Shown: positions 35,847 through 47,415 of the stretch, piece after piece | How the letters are laid out: each line of letters starts with the position of its first letter | How positions within the stretch are numbered: position 1 is the first letter of the stretch | Assembly (NCBI GenBank): GCA_944332535.1 | Contig: CALVKE010000011.1 | Span: 1-47,562 of the forward strand | Source of the DNA: an uncultured Bacilli bacterium | Lineage (GTDB): Bacteria; Bacillota_I; Bacilli_A; RF39; UBA660 | DNA: 47,562 bases | Reading direction: 5' to 3' | Position numbers and translations under genes: made by a program | The notes under the pieces: model-generated | The model's input: the letters and a program-made list of their open reading frames with translations, nothing else | Database searches by the model: none | What the model was told of the DNA's origin: nothing

Positions 35847-37276
35847 TAAAGTGCTAACATAATCAAGAAAATAACAAGTAATACGATTAAAATGGCAACA
35901 AATAATTTCCAGATATGTTTTAACCAATTACCGTAAGATACTCCAAGATAATCAAGAGTACCCATTAAGATAACACTAGATGGTACTACTAACATTGCAA
36001 GTCCATAAATAGATTGGAAAATAACAGCAATGATAGGATATAAACTTTCATCCGTAATAACAGTAGCAACATAAGGCAAGGTGCTTTGCACTTGATATAG
36101 CGCCTCTACATTGAATAAGCTAGCAAGGAAAGCAACAATACTCATCGTAACAACGTTAAATCCCTCAGTAAGACCTAATAGTGCTTTTGTGAATAGTAAC
36201 TGGAATGGATGATAAGTCGCAATAATCAAGATCATATAAATTAAAATCATGATAGCGGCAGGTTTTACAGCTTTTTTCATTCCGTTACAAATTCCATCTA
36301 ATAAATCATTCCATTTTACTCGGTAAACAAGCGCTAAAATAAGTGCTGTAAAAACAATTAGAACTGGGAATGTAGCAACTGGAATTTGACCAACAGAATA
36401 AGTCCACTCTCCAAATGCTTGCACGTTACCTAATACTTTATAGAAAATTGGGAATCCAAATAGTTCAAATTCTTGTAACCAAGTAAGAGCATCGGAAAAA
36501 GCAGTAAACTCTGGAAAGAGCGTTTGCCAAGGGAAACATCCCATCAAAAGAATCACAAGCATTAAATCAAAGATTACAACAAGTGGCCAAACGCGAACTT
36601 TTTTTCCTTTTTCTACTTTTATCTCTTGTGGAATTAATTCCTCTTTTACATCGACATTTTGATTTTTGGTTTTCTTAGCGTAACGTAAGGTATGAAACAT
36701 TAATAATCCAAGTGATAGGAATAATATGATAGCTTTATATCCTAGCTCAGAAGCATAAGTCGTACCAAGAACGGTATTTACATAAGAGAAAATATCTACT
36801 GCAAAGGTATTTCCGATCATACCGACAACGACACTACCAACAGTTACACTGGCAGCAACTAACTTATTGTAACCCATCAAAAGAATTAATGAAATAAGCA
36901 TTGGGAACAATACGATTAGTCCGAAAGAAAATCCAACAGCAGACGTAATAGCAGCAAGCACTACCATCGTAACGCTTAAGAAAATCCACTCTCTTCCTTC
37001 AAATCCTTTCTTAATTTTTTCTAAAAGTACCCGATAGGCTGGAATTTTATACAAAACTCCGTAAAGCAATCCACATACTAACACGTATAAGAAAATATGG
37101 CTGAAAAAATTAAACGCGATAAGTGGATATGAGAACAAATCAAACAGTCCTAGTTGTTCTCTGGTAGATTCTACAAGTTGATCATAGTTTACATACGCAA
37201 TTGGAAAAATCCAAGTACATAAAAAAACAATGAAAATTGAAAGTAGTACTACCTTTAAAATATTATGTTTTTTCAT
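35846..37276 (-). CDS. Polytopic permease, YfcC/DcuC-like (ion-transporter superfamily)
   Basis: I moved the start to the ATG at 37276 (MKKHNILKVVLLSIFIVFLCTWIFPIAY...) after SD GGGAGGG, giving 476 aa with at least 10 hydrophobic segments. The N-terminal ...TWI.P..Y pattern is reminiscent of YfcC-family proteins. The family call is tentative. Confidence 0.5.
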   Translation of the reverse strand: MKKHNILKVVLLSIFIVFLCTWIFPIAYVNYDQLVESTREQLGLFDLFSYPLIAFNFFSHIFLYVLVCGLLYGVLYKIPAYRVLLEKIKKGFEGREWIFLSVTMVVLAAITSAVGFSFGLIVLFPMLISLILLMGYNKLVAASVTVGSVVVGMIGNTFAVDIFSYVNTVLGTTYASELGYKAIILFLSLGLLMFHTLRYAKKTKNQNVDVKEELIPQEIKVEKGKKVRVWPLVVIFDLMLVILLMGCFPWQTLFPEFTAFSDALTWLQEFELFGFPIFYKVLGNVQAFGEWTYSVGQIPVATFPVLIVFTALILALVYRVKWNDLLDGICNGMKKAVKPAAIMILIYMILIIATYHPFQLLFTKALLGLTEGFNVVTMSIVAFLASLFNVEALYQVQSTLPYVATVITDESLYPIIAVIFQSIYGLAMLVVPSSVILMGTLDYLGVSYGNWLKHIWKLFVAILIVLLVIFLIMLAL

Positions 37277-37380
37277 ATTAACCCTCCCACTATCATTATA
37301 ACAACAAACAATGGGAAATACAAAGAAAATTCTTGCTTTTTTCAAGAAAAAAAGAAATTCCAAACGAATTTCTTTCAAAA

Positions 37381-38880
<1,500 letters not shown>

Positions 38881-39471
38881 TTAATCCGTCATCACTACTT
38901 TAGTATGAGCTACCAAATCGTGTAGTCCGCGTCCATCTTTTCGTAATAGGACCATAAATATAGTTACTAATGATAATACAATTTGGATCATTTGTAAAGT
39001 AAAACTTGCATAAAAATAATAATCTCTACTCATAAAAAGTACAAAAATAATCATTAACAAATTCGTAAACAATGAATTTAAAATAGCGGCACGAAACAAA
39101 TAATCATTGATCGTTACCTTGTGTTCTCCATCACTGACCACCTGTATTTTCATAAGTTTCTTTCCAATTGTTTGACCATTACGATAAAATTGAAATACTA
39201 CAAAATATAAAATAGTAAGAGCAACTTGAATAATATAACTTGGAACGCTAGCATAGTCCAAATCATAAGTAATAAGAGCCGTTTGATTCAAGTATTCTTC
39301 GTCACTAATTTCATGATTCAAATAAGCTTGTTGAACGTCATTCAACTGATTTCTAAGAGCATTATAATTATCTACTGGAATAAAATAACACAAAAAAGAT
39401 GCTACAATACTCACGATCAAAATATCAATTCCATAAGCAAGAAATCTTGGAAAAAAATACGCTTTATTCAT
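38881..39471 (-). CDS. RDD-family membrane protein
   Basis: 196 aa. The N-terminus is FFPRFLAYGIDILIV, with a central GQTIGKKLMKIQVV and a C-terminal RGLHDLVAHTKVV, as in RDD proteins. Confidence 0.7.
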   Translation of the reverse strand: MNKAYFFPRFLAYGIDILIVSIVASFLCYFIPVDNYNALRNQLNDVQQAYLNHEISDEEYLNQTALITYDLDYASVPSYIIQVALTILYFVVFQFYRNGQTIGKKLMKIQVVSDGEHKVTINDYLFRAAILNSLFTNLLMIIFVLFMSRDYYFYASFTLQMIQIVLSLVTIFMVLLRKDGRGLHDLVAHTKVVMTD

Positions 39472-40453
39472 TTTTATCCTCTCCTTTTAAAAATTCTTTA
39501 TATTCTTTCAGTATCTTTATTATATCATGAGTTGAGGAAACGCGAAATATCTTTTCTTTGATTTCTTTTCCATTTTTTAAACCTTTTAAATACCAAGCGA
39601 TATGACTACGAATTTCCAAAACAGCCAGATGTTCACTTTTTAATTCTTGTAAATTATGTAAATGAAGAAGAGCCATATCGATCTTTTCACAAGGAGTAGG
39701 AGCTGGTGGAAGAGGTATGTTATCAAGATAGAACACGGCATCTCGAATGAGCCAAGGATTACCTAAAACGCCACGTCCAATCATTACTGCATCGACTCCG
39801 GTATCTAACATTTTTTGTAAACTCTCCATATCTACGATATCACCATTTCCAATCACTGGAACAGCGACAGCATTTTTCACGGCACGAATAATATCGTAAT
39901 TTACTTTACCACTATATCCTTGACTTCGAGTACGTCCATGAATACAAATAGCACTTGCTCCAGCCTTCTCACACACTTGTGCAATCTCTACAGCATTGAT
40001 GGATTTTTCATCCCAGCCGCTACGAATTTTTACCGTAACGGGAACAGAAACAGCACGAACAACGGCGCGAACAATTTTTTCCACCTTTTCTGGATGTTTT
40101 AATAAACTAGCTCCTGCTTGGGCTTTTACTGCAACTTTTGGAACAGGACATCCCATATTAATATCGATAATATCAGGATGCATTGTCTCCTCAATATATT
40201 TAGCAGCAACAACAAAGCTTTCTTCATCACTTCCAAAAATCTGTTGTACGATAGGGCGTTCCATCTCTTCCATATAAAGCATATCTTGGGTTTTCTTATT
40301 CTGATAAAAAAGCGCTTTATCACTTACCATTTCGGCATAGATTAAACCACAACCCATTTGTTTTACAATTTTTCGAAAAGCCGAATTACAAATACCTGCC
40401 ATTGGAGCAAGTACTACTCTATTTTCAATTTCCACATTTCCAATTTTCCACAT
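39464..40453 (-). CDS. dusB: tRNA-dihydrouridine synthase
   Basis: 329 aa reading LAPMAGICNSAFR..., DINMGCPV and a TIM-barrel Dus pattern. It sits upstream of lysS as in Bacillus. Confidence 0.9.
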   Translation of the reverse strand: MWKIGNVEIENRVVLAPMAGICNSAFRKIVKQMGCGLIYAEMVSDKALFYQNKKTQDMLYMEEMERPIVQQIFGSDEESFVVAAKYIEETMHPDIIDINMGCPVPKVAVKAQAGASLLKHPEKVEKIVRAVVRAVSVPVTVKIRSGWDEKSINAVEIAQVCEKAGASAICIHGRTRSQGYSGKVNYDIIRAVKNAVAVPVIGNGDIVDMESLQKMLDTGVDAVMIGRGVLGNPWLIRDAVFYLDNIPLPPAPTPCEKIDMALLHLHNLQELKSEHLAVLEIRSHIAWYLKGLKNGKEIKEKIFRVSSTHDIIKILKEYKEFLKGEDKNE

Positions 40454-40520
40454 ATTATCACCCCAACAAACATATCCACTATATCATAAAGATACAAAAA
40501 GGAAAAGAAAAAAGAGAGAA

Positions 40521-42476
40521 CTATTCATTCTCCCCTAAACTATCAATTAATTCTTCTTTGGTCATTTTAGAATAACCTTTAATACCCTTTTCCTTTGCTT
40601 TAGAACGAAGTTCTGTAATAGTATAATCTTCTAAAGAATCTACCTCAGGCATCTTACCATGTTCTACTAAATAATCAATTTGTTCTTTCGTAATAGTTTC
40701 ATATTCTAAAAGGGCATCTGCAATCGATTTTACTAGATCCTGATTAGCACTCAAAATTTCTTTTGCACGATCATAACATTCATTGATAATTTTACGAACT
40801 TCAATATCAATTTCATGAGCTACCTCATTCGAGAAGTTCTTACTCTTGTTATAATCTCTTCCTAAGAATACTCCACCTTCTTGTTGTTCTAATTGTACAG
40901 GACCTAAATCACTCATACCGTACTCAGTTACCATAGCACGGGCAATTTTAGTTGCCTTTTCAAAGTCGTTATGAGCACCAGTCGTTACTTCTTTAAAACG
41001 TAATTCTTCAGATACACGTCCACCAAGAAGTCCAATAATTCTTTCTAATAATTCCGTCTTAGTAGAAAGATAAGTCTCCTCTTTTGGCATCATAAGCGTA
41101 TACCCTCCGGCTTGCCCTCTTGGAATAATCGTAATTTTTTGAACATCATCAGCGTTTTCCAATTTAATTCCAAGTACAGCGTGCCCTGCTTCGTGGTAGG
41201 CAACCACTTCTTTTTCATGAGCATTGTATTTACGAGAAGTTTTGGCAGGACCACCAATTACTCTATCGGTTGCTTCATCTATTTCACTCATCGTAATGCA
41301 TTCTTTATTACGACGAACTGCAAGAAGTGCTGCTTCATTTAATAAGTTTTCCAAACTAGCTCCACTAAATCCAGGCGTTCTTTTTGCTAAATTCTTAAGA
41401 GAAACACTGTCTGCCAACACTTTATTTTGTGCGTGTACTTTTAAAATTTCTTCTCTTTCGCGAACATCTGGTAAATCAACTGTTACTTGACGGTCAAAAC
41501 GTCCTGGGCGAAGAAGTGCTGGGTCCAAAACATCTGCACGGTTCGTTGCTGCAATGACAATAATTCCTTCATTTGCCCCAAATCCATCCATCTCGGTTAA
41601 TAACTGGTTCAACGTTTGCTCTCTTTCGTCGTGTCCTCCACCTAAACCAGTTCCACGTTGACGACCAACAGCATCAATCTCATCGATAAAAATTAAGCAA
41701 GGTGCATTATGTTTTGCTTGTTTAAACATATCACGAACTCGACTAGCACCAACACCTACAAATAACTCTACAAAGTCAGATCCACTAATGTAATAAAATG
41801 GTACATTTGCTTCTCCTGCAACCGCTTTTGCAAGTAACGTTTTACCAGTTCCTGGAGGACCAACTAATAAAACTCCTTTTGGAATTCTAGCACCCAATTT
41901 TTGAAATTTCTTTGGCATTTTTAAAAAGTCAATTAACTCTTTTACTTCTTCTTTTTCTTCTTTTAATCCAGCTACATCTTTAAATGTTACTTTATTCTCA
42001 TCACTCACCAATTTCGCACGACTGCGACCAAAGTCCATCGACTTATTCGCACCACCCATTTGACGAGTTAAAATAAAGAATGCTCCACCAATTAAAATAA
42101 CAATTGGCAATACATTTACTAAAATCAATAATAATGAACTAGATTCTGGATCGTTTAAAGTATCCATCTTAAAGTCATTCTCTTCACTATAACGAGCAAT
42201 CTCTTTAATAACAGAATCCGTTAAAGGAACTCGTACAAAGAATGTTTCATTCTCACGATATCCTTCTAAAGTACCTCTAATTTCATATACACCAGCACGT
42301 GCTTTTGGCGTAATTACAATTTCTTCTACATTACTATCTCCCATTTCTTGAATAAGAGCATCATAAGTTAAGATATTTACCTTTTGATTTAAGATATTAA
42401 AACAATAATAAATTCCTAACATCAAAAGAACTAAAAACAAATAAGGAACAATACCTTTTTTTACATTTTTGTTCAT
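40521..42476 (-). CDS. ftsH: ATP-dependent zinc metalloprotease FtsH with a C-terminal helix-extension-helix (Rho_N/SAP-like) tail
   Basis: 651 aa with two N-terminal TMs, an AAA module (GPPGTGKT), the HEAGHA zinc site, and an extra tail [30 protein letters not shown]. Confidence 0.95.
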   Translation of the reverse strand: MNKNVKKGIVPYLFLVLLMLGIYYCFNILNQKVNILTYDALIQEMGDSNVEEIVITPKARAGVYEIRGTLEGYRENETFFVRVPLTDSVIKEIARYSEENDFKMDTLNDPESSSLLLILVNVLPIVILIGGAFFILTRQMGGANKSMDFGRSRAKLVSDENKVTFKDVAGLKEEKEEVKELIDFLKMPKKFQKLGARIPKGVLLVGPPGTGKTLLAKAVAGEANVPFYYISGSDFVELFVGVGASRVRDMFKQAKHNAPCLIFIDEIDAVGRQRGTGLGGGHDEREQTLNQLLTEMDGFGANEGIIVIAATNRADVLDPALLRPGRFDRQVTVDLPDVREREEILKVHAQNKVLADSVSLKNLAKRTPGFSGASLENLLNEAALLAVRRNKECITMSEIDEATDRVIGGPAKTSRKYNAHEKEVVAYHEAGHAVLGIKLENADDVQKITIIPRGQAGGYTLMMPKEETYLSTKTELLERIIGLLGGRVSEELRFKEVTTGAHNDFEKATKIARAMVTEYGMSDLGPVQLEQQEGGVFLGRDYNKSKNFSNEVAHEIDIEVRKIINECYDRAKEILSANQDLVKSIADALLEYETITKEQIDYLVEHGKMPEVDSLEDYTITELRSKAKEKGIKGYSKMTKEELIDSLGENE

Positions 42477-42490
42477 AAAATCCTCCTCAT

Positions 42491-43816
42491 TTAATGATAT
42501 TTATATATTATATCATACTTCTCTGATTTTTTCTTCATAAATTTACTTTTTTTTATTCCGGGAATCCAAATCACTTGATTTTTAGAATCCACCACAATAG
42601 GCCATAGTTCTCTTTCTGCAAGAGGAATTTTAGCATCGATAAAAATATCTTTTACTTTTTTATGACCATTCATACCATGCAAAGCAATTTTATCTCCATG
42701 TTTTCTAGTACGAACATAAAGGGGAAGTGCAATCTCATCGGATAAAAGTCGACAAACATCGTTTCCATTTCCTTCACATTCTTCCATTCTTTCTAAATGT
42801 TTTTTATTTGGTAGAATAACATAATCCTCTAATTCCATCTCATAACTATCAATCGCTTGTACTTGATCCGTAAATCGCAAAATCTGGTACTCTTTTACTA
42901 CTTTTATATTATTAGGTAAATAAATATAAGTATTCTTCTTTTTAGAATGAATTAAATCAAAAAGTAATTGTACATGTCGATCATGTAGAACCATCATATC
43001 ATCGTGATAAATCTCTTCTAAGATTCGATATAAAATCTTTTCCTGAATCAAAGAATCTAACTTTAAAAAGGCAGGCAATTGTATTTCTTTGTTCTGATAA
43101 ACTTGATGATAGACTTTATCCACCTGTCTATCCAAGAAAGAACTATATTCTAACAAGGTATGACTAAATTGAAAAAACTTTTCATGAACCTTTGCATTTT
43201 CCTTCTTCAAAAAAGGCAAAACATTCTTTCGATAACGATTTCTAGTATATTTATTTTTAAAATTAGATTTATCTACAACATAAGGAATAGCGTGTTGGGT
43301 AACAAAATCCATAATATCTTGTTTGGTAACGAAAATAAGAGGTCTTACAATCTCATACTCTTCCATTTTCACTCGTTCTTGAAATCCACTGTATCCTTTT
43401 AACGTAGAACCACGAACAATTCGCATTAAAATAGTTTCCATCAAGTCATCCCCGTGATGCGCAGTCATTAAGTATCCGGCATGATATTTACGAATTAATC
43501 CCTCAAAGAAATGATATCGAATCTCCCTTGCCTCGTTATGAAAATTATCATCACTATATTGTTCAATTTTCATCTTTTCAAACAAAATATCGTGCTCTTG
43601 GCACCATTTTTCTAAGAAAATTGCTTCTTTTTCACTTTCTTTACGAATATTATGATTCACGTGAGCAACTACAATAGAAAACGGAATCTGACGTCGAATC
43701 ATATATAAAATATACAAAAGAGCCATAGAATCCGGTCCTCCAGATACACCTACTACGATGACATCTTCTTTTTTTAAGCCAATTGTTTGAATCAAATATT
43801 GATATACTTTCTCCAT
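42491..43816 (-). CDS. tilS: tRNA(Ile)-lysidine synthase
   Basis: 441 aa with the PP-loop VGVSGGPDS and a position before ftsH. Confidence 0.9.
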   Translation of the reverse strand: MEKVYQYLIQTIGLKKEDVIVVGVSGGPDSMALLYILYMIRRQIPFSIVVAHVNHNIRKESEKEAIFLEKWCQEHDILFEKMKIEQYSDDNFHNEAREIRYHFFEGLIRKYHAGYLMTAHHGDDLMETILMRIVRGSTLKGYSGFQERVKMEEYEIVRPLIFVTKQDIMDFVTQHAIPYVVDKSNFKNKYTRNRYRKNVLPFLKKENAKVHEKFFQFSHTLLEYSSFLDRQVDKVYHQVYQNKEIQLPAFLKLDSLIQEKILYRILEEIYHDDMMVLHDRHVQLLFDLIHSKKKNTYIYLPNNIKVVKEYQILRFTDQVQAIDSYEMELEDYVILPNKKHLERMEECEGNGNDVCRLLSDEIALPLYVRTRKHGDKIALHGMNGHKKVKDIFIDAKIPLAERELWPIVVDSKNQVIWIPGIKKSKFMKKKSEKYDIIYKYH

Positions 43817-43881
43817 TATTTATTTCACCTCATCATTCTTTGAAAGGTTTTTTCAAAAAAAAGAAAGAAGAAATTACTTCT

Positions 43882-44181
43882 TTACTCATCCGGAAATTTT
43901 AAAAGAATTTCTCCTTCTTTAGAATAGAAGAATTTCTCACGAGCATATCGCCCAATATAATCTGGATCCTGCAACTTTTCAACGTCTACCGTTAGAGCTG
44001 CTTCTTTTTCTTTTAACTCTACTAATTTTTCGCTTAAAACAGCTTTTTCTTTATATTTAGTAGCGATATCTACCCAATATTTACCAATTGTTACAACCAA
44101 AACAACAACCAACAACAAACAAACAGGAACAAATAACATCATTCTCGTCCGAAATTTCTTCTTTTTTTTGTTTTTGGCCAT
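43882..44181 (-). CDS. divIC: Septum-formation initiator, DivIC/FtsB family
   Basis: I moved the start to the ATG at 44181 (MAKNKKKKKFRTR...), giving 99 aa. It has a single TM, then a coiled coil and ...DPDYIGRYAREKFFYSKEGE. It follows yabQ as in Bacillus. Confidence 0.75.
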   Translation of the reverse strand: MAKNKKKKKFRTRMMLFVPVCLLLVVVLVVTIGKYWVDIATKYKEKAVLSEKLVELKEKEAALTVDVEKLQDPDYIGRYAREKFFYSKEGEILLKFPDE

Positions 44182-44209
44182 TGTCATTCTCACCCACTTT
44201 TCCACCTTA

Positions 44210-44238
44210 ATTATAGCGACAGAAAAAGAATATTTCAA
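44210..44238 (-). promoter_or_regulatory. SigA-type promoter of divIC
   Basis: The minus strand reads TTGAAA-17 nt-TATAAT. The -35 lies inside the 3' arm of the yabQ terminator. Confidence 0.55.
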
Positions 44239-44256
44239 CTAATATTTGAAATATTC
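44221..44256 (-). terminator. Rho-independent terminator after yabQ
   Basis: A perfect 11-bp stem GAATATTTCAA-ATATTAG-TTGAAATATTC is followed by TTTTTCTG. Confidence 0.8.
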
Positions 44257-44283
44257 TCTCTATTTGACAAATATAACTGTAAA

Positions 44284-44559
44284 TCAATATTTTCGTATTC
44301 TTTTTGTATAATAGTTTCCAAATAGATATCCAAGAAGAAAAAATAGAAAAAAATATATATGAATAACCCCTGAATTCACCATCAACAACAAAAGAAAATA
44401 AAGTATGGAATGAAAGATACAAAATAGAAAATTAAAAATAATTTTAAAAATACCTTTTTTGGAGAAAAGATAACGATAACATAAATTCACAGAAAAAGAA
44501 AAGAAAAAACCGTAAGCAAAAGAACAGATAAAACTTTGAAATTGTACTTCTAATGTCAT
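44284..44559 (-). CDS. yabQ: Spore cortex biosynthesis protein YabQ-like membrane protein
   Basis: 91 aa with three hydrophobic segments. It is coupled to yabP (TAATG at 44559), and the yabP-yabQ-divIC order is conserved. Confidence 0.65.
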   Translation of the reverse strand: MTLEVQFQSFICSFAYGFFFSFSVNLCYRYLFSKKGIFKIIFNFLFCIFHSILYFLLLLMVNSGVIHIYFFLFFLLGYLFGNYYTKRIRKY

Positions 44560-44849
44560 TACTTAAATAACCTACTAATGAAGGTATTTTCTTTTTCCTT
44601 CTTCATTCCTTCTTCTACATAGGCAAACGATTTTAAAAGTCCTTTAATAGAAACATTTCCTTGTAAAGTATCTAATTTTAATAATTCCATATCACTTCCC
44701 TTTAAAATTAAATATCCCATTACTGTTTCCATCAAAAATTCTTCATCGTCAAAACTATCAATCTTTTTTACCCCTGTAACTAAAATACTTTTTCTCTCTA
44801 CTACTGTAATACTATGATTATAATTAGGTAATACCGTGTCCTTGTCCAT
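44559..44849 (-). CDS. yabP: Sporulation protein YabP
   Basis: 96 aa. The segment HSITVVERKSILVTGVKKIDSFDDEEFLMETVMGYLILKGSDMELLKLD...GNVSIKG matches the YabP pattern. Confidence 0.8.
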   Translation of the reverse strand: MDKDTVLPNYNHSITVVERKSILVTGVKKIDSFDDEEFLMETVMGYLILKGSDMELLKLDTLQGNVSIKGLLKSFAYVEEGMKKEKENTFISRLFK

Positions 44850-44902
44850 ATTCTTAAGCCCTCCTCCACTTAAAAAGATGTACCAACGAATTAAAAAATT
44901 CC

Positions 44903-44927
44903 AAAAAAAAAAGCAAAATGCTTTTTT
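44903..44927 (-). terminator. Rho-independent terminator after spoVG
   Basis: AAAAGCA-TTT-TGCTTTT is followed by a T-run on the minus strand, immediately after the stop. Confidence 0.55.
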
Positions 44928-45197
44928 TTATTCTGTTTCTTCCGCCGTTTCGTTATATGCTTTTAAGATTTCATCTTCAAACATAGCACGAACTTCTGGA
45001 TTAATTGGATGTGCTACATCTCTATATTCCCCAGAATTTGTCTTCTTACTAGGCATAGCAATAAACAAACCTTTGTCTCCTTCAATGATTCGAATATCAT
45101 GTACTGCAAAACAATCGTCTAATAAAACGGATGCAATACCTTTCATACGAGAACCTTCTTTTTCGATTCTACGTACATTAACAGATGTAATCTTCAT
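44928..45197 (-). CDS. spoVG: Septation/regulatory protein SpoVG
   Basis: 89 aa reading MKITSVNVRRIEKEGSRMKGIASVLLDDCFAVHDIRIIEGDKGLFIAMPS, a highly characteristic SpoVG sequence. Confidence 0.95.
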   Translation of the reverse strand: MKITSVNVRRIEKEGSRMKGIASVLLDDCFAVHDIRIIEGDKGLFIAMPSKKTNSGEYRDVAHPINPEVRAMFEDEILKAYNETAEETE

Positions 45198-45235
45198 ATC
45201 GTTTCCTCCTTCTAAAGTTTACACTTTATGATTCT

Positions 45236-45264
45236 ATCATATACTAATTTATGGAAAAATGCAA
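45236..45264 (-). promoter_or_regulatory. SigA-type promoter of spoVG
   Basis: The minus strand reads TTGCAT-17 nt-TATGAT. Confidence 0.55.
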
Positions 45265-45300
45265 GAAGAAATAGATAAGTTTATCACTACAACTCTTTTT

Positions 45301-46422
45301 CTACATCTTATCCAACAATTTATCTAATTTCCTACTTTTGAAATGAAAAATGATCCAACAAATAAGAGCAATAATAACAAGAATTCCTAAAACAACAAAG
45401 GCTATTTTCTTTTGTTTTTCCGTAATAACAAACTTTTTTTCTTCCGCTTGTTCTTCCTCTTTTTCGATGCCGTTACTTACTCGATTAATACGAATAGTAT
45501 AAGTTTGTTCCTCTCCATTTTCTGCTTTTACTACAATTCTTACATCGGAGCCGGAAGCGATAGAATCGGCACCAATAATTTCATAAGTTGCTTTACTATC
45601 AGCGGGTTCTGCGTGAACTGTTAAAGATTCTACATCCTCACTAACAGTAATATAGTAATGGTATTGATCTTCTTTAAAAGGAATTTCATAATGATCGATT
45701 GTTAGTGTTTTCAGATTTGCATTGGAAGAGGTGGAAATATCCGGAGTGGGAGAAGGTGTTGCATGAGAGGTAAAATTCTCTTTAGCCTGCTCTAATTGTT
45801 CATTGGTAACTTCGATATTGGGTTCGCTTTCAATTACAACACTCGTCTCTGGTGGAGCAGTTACTTCGGTCTCACTTTTTAAAATGGAAACAGTAGTAAT
45901 TGATTCTGTCGTATATTCTAATAATTCCGCATTTTCTTCCAAATAGCTTTCCAACGTCGGGTCGACTTTAAATCCACCGGCCGCTGCTTCTAATACTTTG
46001 ATGTCCACCGTCTCTTTTGAATCATTTTTAACATAAAATCTGATATTAGCAGAATAATCGGTACAAGCCAAAAATTGATCGACACACTTATTTCCGGTAG
46101 AATCCAGATCAATAATACTAAGAATATAATAATAATTATCATCTTTGTATATTTGTGCATCATAAAAATCTGTCAAAACTCCACTGATTTCTAAGACGGA
46201 ATCATCAAATGCAAGAGCTAATACCACCGTATAAATACCGGTAGTATTTTCACTATTTCGATCGATTCCAGAAAAACGAACATTAACCGGAAGATAAAAG
46301 CTTGATCCAACAGATTGTTCCGTATTGATATCGGATATAGAAACACTAGAAATAGAAGCTGCACTTACGCTAAACGGGACAAGAAAAAACATTAACAATA
46401 GAATAACAATAAACTTCTTCAT
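45301..46422 (-). CDS. Membrane-anchored surface protein with a cohesin-like N-domain and a cadherin-like beta-sandwich domain
   Basis: 373 aa. The signal peptide is MKKFIVILLLMFFLVPFSVSAAS. The segment NANLKTLTIDHYEIPFKEDQYHYYITV...VHAEPADSKATYEIIG...VKAENGEEQTYTIRINR fits the cadherin-like beta-sandwich pattern. The C-terminal TM is IAFVVLGILVIIALICWIIF. Confidence 0.65.
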   Translation of the reverse strand: MKKFIVILLLMFFLVPFSVSAASISSVSISDINTEQSVGSSFYLPVNVRFSGIDRNSENTTGIYTVVLALAFDDSVLEISGVLTDFYDAQIYKDDNYYYILSIIDLDSTGNKCVDQFLACTDYSANIRFYVKNDSKETVDIKVLEAAAGGFKVDPTLESYLEENAELLEYTTESITTVSILKSETEVTAPPETSVVIESEPNIEVTNEQLEQAKENFTSHATPSPTPDISTSSNANLKTLTIDHYEIPFKEDQYHYYITVSEDVESLTVHAEPADSKATYEIIGADSIASGSDVRIVVKAENGEEQTYTIRINRVSNGIEKEEEQAEEKKFVITEKQKKIAFVVLGILVIIALICWIIFHFKSRKLDKLLDKM

Positions 46423-46479
46423 TACTTCATTTACTCCTACCTACAAACAACAAAATTTCATATTATATTAGATAAGCTC

Positions 46480-46509
46480 ATTATACTTTAAACAAAGAAT
46501 TTCTGTCAA
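46480..46509 (-). promoter_or_regulatory. Consensus SigA promoter of the cohesin/cadherin-like gene
   Basis: The minus strand reads TTGACA-18 nt-TATAAT, both hexamers perfect, starting 2 nt after the upstream stop codon. Confidence 0.65.
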
Positions 46510-46510
46510 G

Positions 46511-47362
46511 CTATACGTCTGCTAAACTTCCGTCTTTCTCCGCGTCCATTAAAACCATAATAAAATCATCATCAATATGATAAGGATCTAACAAAATAAC
46601 ACCTTGCCCGTTTGTAATCTCATTATTTTTTTTACTGTACTCTGTATCCTTTTTTATTACTTTAAATTCTATTTTTTTTAAATCCTTCGTGTCAAAATCT
46701 AGAGTTCTTCTTAACAGTTTACCATCTTTTTTTAACAACTCTAATCGATCTAGTATTCCTGGATCTGGTTCTTGATCTCCAACCCAATTATAAATACCTA
46801 CTATATCCATTTCATCAGAATATTCTCTAGGTAAACTTCCCTTATTAAAATGTGCTATTTCAAGAACTCTTAGCAAAATATATTTATTATGCCATTTACT
46901 CTCTTTAAATATTCGTTTCCCTTCTGAATTTCTATCACATATTTTATATAATAAAACATCCCCAACTTCCCAATTTGCTTTTTTAATAACAAGTTTAGAA
47001 ACCTTCTTTTCAGGAGGTTGAGGAGAATTTAACTTTAAGGCTAAACTCTCCAACACTAACTTCCTTTTTTCATACATTTTTTTATTGTCTTTCCATCGCT
47101 CTAAATCCATACCACTCTCTATACATTTTAGTGCTTCTTCTTTTACCTCAGGCAATAATCTTCCATACTTCCACTGTGTTTCTGCTAAGGCGAACCAAAA
47201 TAATGGACCATCTTCTTCATCCGCTATATAATCCATATTACTATCGATTACATCAATTGTTGCCTCCATATTCGTAAAGCCTAATCTCAATCGGTCTAAA
47301 TATTCTTCCTTTATATCGCATGTTACATCATCTTGATACAATCCTACTCCCCATGCTCCCAT
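46511..47362 (-). CDS. Cytoplasmic protein with a DUF4259-like N-terminus
   Basis: I moved the start to the ATG at 47362 (MGAWGVGLYQDDVTCDIKEEYLD...) after AGGAGGAAATAGT. The MG.WG.G.F.ND pattern is typical of DUF4259. I recognise nothing in the remaining 200 aa or so. Confidence 0.5.
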   Translation of the reverse strand: MGAWGVGLYQDDVTCDIKEEYLDRLRLGFTNMEATIDVIDSNMDYIADEEDGPLFWFALAETQWKYGRLLPEVKEEALKCIESGMDLERWKDNKKMYEKRKLVLESLALKLNSPQPPEKKVSKLVIKKANWEVGDVLLYKICDRNSEGKRIFKESKWHNKYILLRVLEIAHFNKGSLPREYSDEMDIVGIYNWVGDQEPDPGILDRLELLKKDGKLLRRTLDFDTKDLKKIEFKVIKKDTEYSKKNNEITNGQGVILLDPYHIDDDFIMVLMDAEKDGSLADV

Positions 47363-47415
47363 ACTATTTCCTCCTACCATTTTCATCTTATAAAACTATT
47401 TATTTAAAAATAGAA

